Below, in pieces: positions 8,813 to 17,950 of a stretch of 64,000 bases of DNA (position 1 is its first letter; the number at the start of each line of letters is the position of its first letter). Source of the stretch: an uncultured Gemmatimonadales bacterium (lineage in GTDB: Bacteria; Gemmatimonadota; Gemmatimonadetes; Longimicrobiales; Gaopeijiaceae). The stretch spans positions 192,001-256,000 of the forward strand of contig CAWGKG010000017.1 in the NCBI GenBank assembly GCA_963823035.1, given 5' to 3'. Both the position numbers and the translations under genes were made by a program. The notes below the pieces were generated by a model. That model worked only from the letters and a program-made list of their open reading frames with translations, made no database searches and had not been told where the DNA came from.

Positions 8813-11644
8813 TCACCCGGTGCTCTGCATCGCGGCGGCGATCCCGTTGATGCTGAGGAAGAGCGCGTGCCGGAGCTCGTCACGCTGAGCCTCGTCGGAC
8901 GTGGCGCGGAAGCGCCGCAGCAGCTCGATCTGGACGAGGTTGAGCACGTCCGTGTACGGATTGCGCAGCTCGATGGAGCGCTGGATCACCGGATCGGAGT
9001 CGAGAAGCGACTCCTGGCCCGGTGATCCGCAGGATCGCCCTGCTGCCGCGCCACAGGTCGTCGAGCACGCGTCCGTGGAAGTCGGACGCCTCGTCGCCCT
9101 GTCGCACGAGGCGATCGTACGCCTCGGCGACGACCGGCCGCGCGCGCGCCATCTCCCGCTGGGCATTGTCCACGAGCGCCCGGAAGAACGGCCAGTCCGC
9201 GTAGAGCCCGGCGAGGTCGTCGGCCGCCTCGGGGTCGTCGGCGAGGAGCCCACCGAGCCCCGCGCCCGTCCCGTACCAACCGGGCACGTTGTAGCGCACC
9301 TGGGTCCAGGCGAACACCCACGGGATGGCGCGCAATCCCTCGAACGCGACCTCCGCCGAGCTCCGCGGGAGACGGGTCGCGACGCGATGGGAAGCCGGCT
9401 GATGTGCTCGATGGGCGTCACCGCGTGTACCATCCCAGAACCCCTCGTCGTGGATGAGGGCGTGGTACGCCGCCATGGAGCGCTCGGCGAGGTCGTCGAG
9501 CAACGCTGCCGCCCGCCGGGAAGGTGCGTATCCCACATCCTCCGACCCGACCTCTTCGACGGTCCCGCGCGGAGTCAGCGTCAGCATCATGGCGCTCACG
9601 ATCTGCTCGAGGTGTCGACGCGCCAGGTCGGGCAGCCCGTAGCGGAAGGAGATCACCTCGCCCTGCTCCGTGAAGCGGATGCGGCCGTTGTGGACCGACG
9701 GCGGGCGTGGACAGGATCGCGCGGTTCGCCGCCCGCCGCCCCGGCCGACCGTGCCACCGCGTCCGTGGAAGAGGCGGAGATCCACGCCGTGCTGCGCGCA
9801 CACGCGACCGAGCGCATCCTGCGCGAGGTGCAGCGCGCGGTTCGCCATCCAGTAGCCGCCGTCCTTGTTGCTGTCGGAGTAGCCGAGCATGACCTCCTGG
9901 AGGCCGCCCCGGGCGTCGAGCTGCTTCCGGTAGAGATCGCTCGTGAACAGCGCCCTCATGCGCTCGGGCGCGGCCTCGAGGTCCTCGACCGTCTCGAAGA
10001 GCGGCACGAAGTCGAGCGCCGATCGCACCCGCTCCGCCCGTGATCGACCACAGCCCGACCTCCTTGGCGAGGAGCATCGGCTCGAGCAGGTCGCTCACCG
10101 TGTGGGTCATGCTCACGATCCAGCTCCCCACCGACGTCCGGCTCCCGTCGCGGCCGCGTCGCTCACGACCCCGAGCGCGGCCAGCAGCTCGGCCGCCTCA
10201 TCGGGCAGCTCGGCACCCGGTGGAAGGAGAGGACGCGGGTTCTCGAGCTCGCGCACCAGCAGCGCCTGGCGTGCCTCCTCGTCCAGCCCCGCGTAGTCGC
10301 TCCTCGACGCCGGCCGCGGCGAGCAGCGCGGCCACCGCGCGCTCGTGCACCTCGGCTGTGCTGGCGAACGTCCAGCGCGGCCAGGTGGAAGCCGAACGTG
10401 CGGGCCAGCGAGAGCACGCGTGCCAGGCGCCCGTGCCGGGCCACGCTCTCGAAGCCGGTGGCCACGAGGCACCGCTCGATCAGCTCCAGATCCTGCGACG
10501 AACCGTGCGGCGTCGTAGGTCGGCGACTCGCGTCCTTCCGCCTCCTCCGCCGCACGGGACAGCTCGCGCAGCCTGACCGCGATGTGCGAGGCCTTGCGGC
10601 GGTAGGGCTCGTGGCGGAAGGCCCGAGCCTCCCGCTCTGGCAGCGGCGCCTCCTGCTCGTCGCGCGCCAGGGAAGCCGCCAGATCGTCCGGCACGGGCAC
10701 CTGCAGCTCCGAGAGGCTCAGCTCGTAACGCAGGGCCTCCATCTCCTCGACGTGCCGCTGCGAGCGCCGCCTGCCTCTGCACCGCGAAGGTCCATCGCGT
10801 GACGTCGGCGGTGACGTACGGATTGCCGTCGCGATCGCTGCCGATCCACGAGCGATAGCGCAGGAATGCCGGGAGATCGGGCGCGGCGTCGTAGTGGCGC
10901 TGCAGCGCGCGCCGCACGTCCGCGTGGATCCGCGGGACCGTATCCCAGATGATACCCGCCAGGAAGTGGAGACCCTGGCGGACCTCGTCGCGGACGTCGG
11001 GTCGGTCGGCGCGGATCTCCTCGGTGGCCAGAAGGAGCAGGATCTCGTCGTAGACGGAGTCCAGGAGCCCTTGCTTCTCCTCGGGCGTGGCCTCGGTGCG
11101 ACGCAGGCGGCCCAGGAAGTCGGCGATCCTGCGCTGCTTCTCGAGGACGGTACGCCTGCGCGCCTCGGTGGGATGCGCCGTGAGCGTCGGCTGGATGTCG
11201 AGGCGGGCGAGCATCCGCTCGACCGTGTCGAGCGGGACGCCGGCTCGCGCCAGGTTCCGGATGCGTCTCGGCGATCGACTCGGGCCGGGCGGCTTCGCTA
11301 CCACCTTCCCGAGCGCGCTCGCGGTTCACGCGGATGATCTCCTGCTTCTCCGCCTGGTTGACGAGGTGGAAGAAGGAGGTGAACGCCCGGAGCAGGGCCA
11401 CGAGGTCCTCGAGGTCGAGACCAGCCACCCGCGCGGCGGCGCGCTCCCGCTTGGAGGCGTCGCCGTCGCGCTCCGCCTCCCTGCAGAGGAGGCGCAAATC
11501 CTCCACGAGCCCCAGCGTCTCCTCGCCGTAGCGCGCGCGGAGCGCCTCGCCGAGCATCGAGCCCAGCAGGTTCACGTTCCTGCTGAGAGGACGTGAGATC
11601 CCCGTCCCCTCCGTTTCGATGTCCAGCCCTTCCCAGCGACTCAT
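8813..11644 (-). CDS. ppc: Phosphoenolpyruvate carboxylase (multiple frameshifts)
   Basis: TLTAHPTEA, SWIGSDRDGNP, VPLFET, QEVMLGYSDSNKDGG, FHGRGGTVGRGG, TEQGEVI, LRAIPWVFAWTQ, SIELRNPY, INGIAAAMQSTG, spread across frames. Confidence 0.96.
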
Positions 11645-11833
11645 CGAGCGTCCTTTCTCCACCGCGGGCACATGGGCGCTCTCCCGGTACCCGCTCATGC
11701 GTCGGGGTTCTCGTGTCGGGCCGGCGTCCGTGACGCCCTCCCTTGCCAGGCCAGCCGCCTGATGTGAGAGTGGCGGACCCCAAAAGCTCCGCCAACTCCC
11801 GGAATCGATGTCACCCCGTCGGATCAACGCCGC

Positions 11834-13122
11834 ATGACCCTGCCGGGCGCCCTGGGCGCGCTGGGGGCCGTCGTCGCGTCGAGCTCGTCAGCTACGCGCT
11901 CATCGGCCTCTCGGGCTGGCTCCTGTCCAGGCATATACCGCGCCGCCGAACGCTGCTCGCGGATCAGACGAAGAAGCTGGACCGCCTGGCCAACGCCGAG
12001 GGGATCCGCCCGCGCATCCACCCGGTGCTGGGGTGGGACTACCTGCCCGACTACTCGACCGACACCGACACGGTGAACAGCATGGGGCTGCGCAGCGTCC
12101 GGGAGTACGCCCCCGAGCCGCCGCCGGGAGTTCGGCGGATCGCCGCCTTCGGAGACTCGTTCACGTACGCCGGCGAGGTCTCCGACGAGGGGTGCTGGGC
12201 CGCCCGTGTCGAGGCCGGGTGGCGCGCCGAGGTCCTGAACTACGGCATCGGGGGGTACGGGCCCGACCAGGTGTACCTCCGCTACCTCGACGAGGGACAC
12301 CGCATGAAGCCCGACGTGGTTCTGATCGGCTTCGTGCCGCTCATGGCCAGTCGGGTGGTGAGCCGCTATCGGCGCTTCCAGGACCCTCGGGACGGTCCAT
12401 GGTTCAAGCCCCGCTTCGTGCTCGAGGGCGAAGACCTCCGGCTGGTATCGCCGCCCGTGGCGTCTCGCGAGGATGCGCTGCGCCTCCTCGAGAACCCTTC
12501 CCTGGTCGCGCAGATGTCCGCAGGGGACTTCTGGTACGTGCCTGCCATCTATGAGCACCGCCTGCACGACTGGTCCGCGACGTACCGCCTGCTCACCTAT
12601 TTCTTCGCCTGGCTCAACCGGCGCCACCTGCACCGGGATCGCATCCACAAGGGTCGGTTCCTCAACCCCGATGCCGAGTCGTACCGGATCCTCACGCGCC
12701 TCTACCGGAAGTTCGGCGAAGCCGTCCGGGCCAACGGCGCGGAGCCGGTGGTCATGCTGTTTCCCACCCGAGGCGACCTGGAGATGTACGCCGCGTCACG
12801 CCAGACCACCTACCAGACGCTGGCCGCAACCTTCGTGGAGGCGGGTCTGGGCGTGGTCGACCTCGCGGAGCCGCTGGTCCTGTCCGGCATACCCCTCCCG
12901 GAGTTGTTCGCGCCGAAGGGCCACCTGTCGGACAAGGGAACGAGATGGTGGCTCGGCGGTCGCGGCCGCGCTGGCCCTCCGCCGGAGGGAGAGCCCGCCG
13001 ACCGCCCGTTGCCGCAGGCGCCAGATAGCCGCGAGATTGCGGAAGCAGCCTGCCACGGCGCACAATGTTCAATCAGCGGTTCCGGTGGCCCGCCCCTCCG
13101 GGATCACTCCCCCCCCGAGTAG
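11834..13122 (+). CDS. Membrane-anchored SGNH/GDSL-fold protein (frameshifts near both ends; 3' end uncertain)
   Basis: NSMGLRS, RIAAFGDSFTY (block I), VLNYGIGGYGPDQ (block II), KPDVVLIGF, PKGHLSDKG (block V His). Confidence 0.85.
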
Positions 13123-13132
13123 ACACCTGCCC

Positions 13133-15454
13133 ATGTCCACTGCCCGTTCCGAGTTGAACCCTTTGGGGCTTGCCTTCTCCTTCGACGAGGGCAACGCCGC
13201 CCAGGCCCCCCGAGCCACGACCCTGGGCCACCGTAGGGCGTACTACCACCTGGTCAACGTCGAGGAGCACCCCGAGATCCTGCCTCTGGCCCACGACCAC
13301 CTCGTGGAGCGGATCGGCCAGGCCTGGACGGGGGGGACCGACATGGCGGCGGCCCTGGCGGCCCTCGCGGACGACCCGGCGGCGCTCGGAAAGGTGGAGG
13401 CCCTCCTCTCCGGATCCCGCCCACGCTTCGCGCGTCCCTGGCGCCAGGACAGCGAGGACCTGACGCGCAGGCAGGTCCTGCACTATTTCGTCCAGTACAT
13501 GCCCACGGCGTTCGTGGACGGGTGTTGGCTACAGTGCGGATTGAGGGTGGCCGCCGCGCACACGCGTGTGGGAGCGGCGCTCACCGGCCTGTACGAGCAT
13601 CAGGTCCGGGCGTTCAACGCGGACCCGGGGCGGCACTTTGTGGCCGACTACCGAGCGGTCTACCAGCGCCTGGGGTCCCCGCTCGAGGAGGTGTCCACCC
13701 GCTCCTTTTCCGAGCGTCCGGACATCCGCGAGACCAGCCTGGGGCTGCCGATCCTGCTCATGTGCATCGCGCAGTTCCCCCGGGCCCACGTCGCCGAGCT
13801 CCTCGGCCTGAACCTGAGCTGGCACCATCTCGACCTGTGCGCCTTCGGGCCCGACCTGATCCGCGACATCTGTCAGGCCTACGCGCTCCCCTCGTACGGC
13901 GACGACCTCGGCGGCGCAGAGTACCTGGATCGCGGCCGGGAGATGGCCTCGGCGGCCGTCGCCGACTTCCTTTCCGGTTCGGAGCCCGACCTGGTGGACG
14001 AGGCATGGCGCGGCGTGCTTCGTGGGGTCTGCCTCGGGTCGGCGGCTTGGTCGGATTGGTTCGAGGAGACCGCGGCCGCGGCCCCCGACGGCCCCCCCGA
14101 CCCGCGCCAGGAGATGATCGACCTCTTGTGGCGCAAAGCTCCGCACGCGCGGGGATACCACGCCGACAAGACGATCGGCTCACGCAAGATCGACGACCAC
14201 CTGGACCCGGCGAACTTCGACGGCCCGGCGATCCTCGCGGACCTGGCCCGGTCGCCCTGGGTGAAGCCGGGGGCCTCGGACCGCAGCCAGCTCCTCAAGG
14301 GTCTGGTGGAGTTCGGCGGGCCCATGCTGGCGGTGTTCTCGCCGGTGGAGCTGCAGATCATGCACGCGTGGATCGACAGCCTTCCCGCGCAGGGCTCGTC
14401 CAACGGGTCGGACGCCCCCGAGGAGGTCCAGGCGGGTCCGTCGGCTCCGTCCATCCCGACCGAGCTCACGGTGTCGGGGCGGGCCTGGGCGCGTGAGGAC
14501 CTCCGGCGACGCAGCGAGGATCGGTTCGCCAACCTCACCGTGCGGGAGCTCTACCACTACCTGATCAACGTGGAGTTCTATCCGGACATCCTTCCCGTGG
14601 CCGAGCGCTTCGCCCGGGACCGGCTCGAGCGGTCCATGGCCATGCTCTGGAAGGGCGCGCGGCCGATCCCGTCGCGTCGTTACGATCCGGAGGCGCTGGA
14701 GCGGTGGGTGTACAAGAAGCACCGCGAGCAGGTGGACTCCTATCGTCCGCCGGGCGAGCGCCCCGATGCGCCCAGGGAACCGTTCATCGAGTCCACCGTG
14801 CAGCTCGCGCCGCTGATCCTCATCGACGGCGGCTGGCTGCAGGGGATGGCGTCCCCCGCGCTCATCCACACCACGGTCGGACGGATGCTGTTCCACGTGC
14901 TCGTGGAGGAGATCGGGGAAGGCAATCCCGACGAACACCATGCCAATATCTACCGGGACCTGCTGGCGGCCATGGGTGAGGACGCGCCCCCTGTGGACAC
15001 GTGGGAGTTCGCCCGATGGACGCGCCTGCGGGACGTGTCCTTCGAGGTGCCTACGCTCTGGCTGAGCATGTCCTGCTTCCCGCGCCACTTCCTCCCCGAG
15101 ATCCTGGGCCTGAACCTGGCGGTCGAGCTCGCAGGGATCGGCGGGCCCTACATGGAGGCCCGCGACACGCTCAAGCGCTTCGGGTATCCGACCCTGTTCG
15201 TCGAGGTCCACAATGCGGCGGACAACGTGTCCGTGGGGCACGCGGCCTGGGCGATGAACGCGATCAAACGGTACATCGACGACGTCGCGGATCGGGAAGG
15301 ACCCCACAGCATCGACCACGCGTGGCACCGGGTGTGGACCGGCGTGCGCGCGACGCTCCCGCAGATCGGGCGCGTGCGCCTGATGGTCCACCGGATCGCG
15401 AGGCGTCTGTTCGCGGAAGACCCGCGACTCGTCCCTCTCATCTTCCCGTCCTGA
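13133..15454 (+). CDS. Iron-containing redox enzyme, tandem heme-oxygenase-like dimetal oxidase (HDO) domains
   Basis: Two homologous halves (QYMPTAFVDGCWLQ / QLAPLILIDGGWLQ; ELLGLNL / EILGLNL). The second half has a full ligand set: EEIGEG...HHAN, VELAG, EVHNAADN...GH. Confidence 0.85.
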   Translation: MSTARSELNPLGLAFSFDEGNAAQAPRATTLGHRRAYYHLVNVEEHPEILPLAHDHLVERIGQAWTGGTDMAAALAALADDPAALGKVEALLSGSRPRFARPWRQDSEDLTRRQVLHYFVQYMPTAFVDGCWLQCGLRVAAAHTRVGAALTGLYEHQVRAFNADPGRHFVADYRAVYQRLGSPLEEVSTRSFSERPDIRETSLGLPILLMCIAQFPRAHVAELLGLNLSWHHLDLCAFGPDLIRDICQAYALPSYGDDLGGAEYLDRGREMASAAVADFLSGSEPDLVDEAWRGVLRGVCLGSAAWSDWFEETAAAAPDGPPDPRQEMIDLLWRKAPHARGYHADKTIGSRKIDDHLDPANFDGPAILADLARSPWVKPGASDRSQLLKGLVEFGGPMLAVFSPVELQIMHAWIDSLPAQGSSNGSDAPEEVQAGPSAPSIPTELTVSGRAWAREDLRRRSEDRFANLTVRELYHYLINVEFYPDILPVAERFARDRLERSMAMLWKGARPIPSRRYDPEALERWVYKKHREQVDSYRPPGERPDAPREPFIESTVQLAPLILIDGGWLQGMASPALIHTTVGRMLFHVLVEEIGEGNPDEHHANIYRDLLAAMGEDAPPVDTWEFARWTRLRDVSFEVPTLWLSMSCFPRHFLPEILGLNLAVELAGIGGPYMEARDTLKRFGYPTLFVEVHNAADNVSVGHAAWAMNAIKRYIDDVADREGPHSIDHAWHRVWTGVRATLPQIGRVRLMVHRIARRLFAEDPRLVPLIFPS

Positions 15455-15463
15455 GGACCCGCC

Positions 15464-17285
15464 GTGTCGACGTACATCCTGGGAATCTCCGCATTCTACC
15501 ACGACAGCGCCGCAGCCCTGCTCAAGGACGGCGAGATCGTGGCGGCGGCGCAGGAGGAGCGCTTCACCCGGATCAAGGGCGACTCCTCCCTGCCGATGCA
15601 CGCCATCAGGTACTGCCTGAAGGAGGCGGGCATCGGCGTGGCCGACCTCGCCTACGTCGGCTTCTACGACAAGCCGAGGCTCAAGTTCAGGCGAATCCTC
15701 CAGACCTACCTGGGCGTGGCCCCCGGGGGCATCGAGTCCTTCCTGTCGGCGCTGCCTCTGTGGCTCACCAACAAGCTGTTCATCGAAGGTCAGATCAGGA
15801 AGAGCGCTCGGCTACGACGGCGAGATCCTCTATCCGGCCCACCACGAGTCGCACGCGGCCAGCGCGTTCTTCCCCTCTCCCTTCCGAGAGGCCGCGATCC
15901 TGACCATCGACGGCGTGGGGGAGTGGGCCACGACGTCCTGGGGGGTGGGGCGCGACGCCGGCCTCCAGCTCCTGCACGAGCTGCGGTGGCCCGACTCGGT
16001 GGGCCTGCTGTACTCGGCGTTCACGTCGTTCACGGGGTTCAAGATCAACTCCGGCGAATACAAGGTGATGGGGCTGGCGCCGTACGGAGAGCCGCGGTTC
16101 GTCCAGGTGATCCTCGACGAGCTGGTGGACCTCCAGGAGGACGGCTCGTTCCGGCTCAACCAGAAGTACTTCAACTACCTCACCGGGCTGACCATGACGA
16201 ACGACGCGTTCTCCGAGCTGTTCGGAGGCCCGCCGAGAGCGCCGGAGAGCAAGCTCACGCAGCGGGAGATGGACCTCGCTCGTTCCGTGCAGGAGGTGGT
16301 CGAGGAGATCATGCTGCGCATGGCCAGGACCGTCCATCGCGAGACGGGACTCGACAGCCTGTGCATGGCCGGTGGTGTGGCGCTGAACTGCGTCGGCAAC
16401 GGGAGGATCCTGCGGGAGGGGCCCTTCGAGAACATCTGGATCCAACCGGCGGCGGGCGACGCGGGCGGCGCGCTCGGCGCCGCGCAGCTCGTCTGGCATC
16501 GGTACCTGAAGAAGGAGCGCACCGTCCGCTCCGGTGACGCCATGCGCGGCTCGTATCTCGGTCCGTCCTTCACGGACGCCGAGATCGAGGCCTTCCTCCA
16601 ATCCGTGGACGCGGGCTACGAGCACCTCGAGCGGACGGAGCTCACGCGACGGGTCGCGGCGCTCCTGGCCGACGAGAAGATCGTCGGGTGGTTCAACGGC
16701 AGGATGGAGTTCGGGCCGCGTGCGCTGGGCTCGCGGAGCATCCTCGGGGATGCGCGCAGCCCGCGGATGCAGGCGCAGATGAACCTGAAGATCAAGTTCC
16801 GCGAGAGCTTCCGCCCCTTCGCGCCCAGCGTGCTGCGCGAACGGGTGTCCACGTTCTTCGAGATGGATGTGGATTCTCCCTACATGCTGCTCGTCGCCCC
16901 GGTGAAGGAGGATCGCCGGCTCCCGATGCCCGAGGGCTCCGAGGAGCTGTGGGGCATCGCGAAGCTGAACGTGCCCCGCTCCGACATTCCGGCCGTGACG
17001 CACATCGACTACTCGGCCCGCGTCCAGACGGTGACCGCCTCCACGAATCCCGACTACCACGCGCTGATCCAGGCCTTCGAGGAGCAGACCGGCTACGGCG
17101 TCGTCGTGAACACGTCGTTCAACGTCCGCGGCGAGCCCATCGTGTGCACGCCCGAAGATGCCTACCGGTGCTTCATGCGCACCCACATCGACTACCTCGT
17201 GCTCGGCGACTACCTGCTCGCGAAGGACGCGCAGCCGGAGTGGAAGGAAGCCGGGGACTGGCGCACCGAGTTCGAGCTCGACTGA
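15464..17285 (+). CDS. NodU/CmcH family O-carbamoyltransferase (frameshift near 15805)
   Basis: ILGISAFYHDSAA, AAQEERFTR, HHESHAASAFF, LTIDGVGEW, GEYKVMGLAPYG, AGGVALNC, GRMEFGPRALGSRS, KFRESFRPFAP, NTSFNVRGEPIV. Confidence 0.96.
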
Positions 17286-17525
17286 GTGACGCGCCGGGGT
17301 CGCCTCCCGGCTTCGACTTCCCTTCCGGATGGTGTGACCGTGATTCTCAGAGTGATCGGCCGCTTGCTGCTCCTGGCCCTCTTCTACCTGATCCTGACGC
17401 CCATCGCCTTGATTCGCAGGGCGGTGGCCGGCAACCCCATGCGTCACCGGCGGGGCGAGCGGGGCTACTGGACCCCGGTGAAAGCCCCCAGCCCCGACGC
17501 GGCCGACATGCGTCGACCGTCCTGA
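17286..17525 (+). CDS. SxtJ-like small membrane protein
   Basis: RLLLLALFYLILTPIALIRRAVAGNPM...GYW...DMRRPS resembles the SxtJ family C-terminal pattern; directly follows the carbamoyltransferase. Confidence 0.75.
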   Translation: MTRRGRLPASTSLPDGVTVILRVIGRLLLLALFYLILTPIALIRRAVAGNPMRHRRGERGYWTPVKAPSPDAADMRRPS

Positions 17526-17609
17526 ACCGGTATCGTTCTTGCACATCGGGGGCGGAACGAGTCGATCGGCCGGCGCGCCCCGGTCCTGCCCCACGGAGAT
17601 GTTGATTCC

Positions 17610-17741
17610 ATGAAGAGCGACGCCAGCCGCGACGCGGCTCCTGCCCCGGGATTCTTCGCGAAGTTGCTCGGCGGTGTACGTAGCCGCCTGCGGAAGCTGT
17701 TCGGCAAGAACGACGACCCGAACATCTACCCCTTCTTCTAG
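17610..17741 (+). CDS. 43-aa peptide MKSDASRDAAPAPGFFAKLLGGVRSRLRKLFGKNDDPNIYPFF
   Basis: ATG 17610, TAG 17739-17741, GGAG upstream, GC3-rich codons, amphipathic basic segment and aromatic C-terminus. Absent from the ORF track because it is under 60 aa. Confidence 0.75.
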   Translation: MKSDASRDAAPAPGFFAKLLGGVRSRLRKLFGKNDDPNIYPFF

Positions 17742-17950
17742 GAGTGGCCAGGAGGGGCGCGTAGCTCCGCAGCGCCGCCTTTCGACGCCGGCGCGGGTTG
17801 TTGCGTTGGCGTGACATTTGTCGTGCGCGGGTCACGACCACACCACGGTCCGTCGTGACCATGCGGGTCACGGTCCCAGAGGTTTTCCCTCGCCGCTTCG
17901 CCGCCGTATCTTCGCGCGGCCTGAGACGAACCCTCCGACGGACCGGGACG

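Noticed and set aside
8813..11644. Programmed frameshifting or true pseudogene in ppc
   Set aside because: Too many shifts, no slippery-site pattern seen, and the same indel pattern affects unrelated genes.
12473..15454. 993-aa ORF suggesting an SGNH-HDO fusion
   Set aside because: The first ~220 aa are an off-frame reading of the SGNH gene; HDO-like sequence starts at ATG 13133.
15464..17741. Saxitoxin gene cluster (sxtI/J/K-like trio)
   Set aside because: No sxtA, sxtG or other core toxin genes are in the window; carbamoyltransferase/SxtJ/SxtK-like sets occur widely outside toxin producers.
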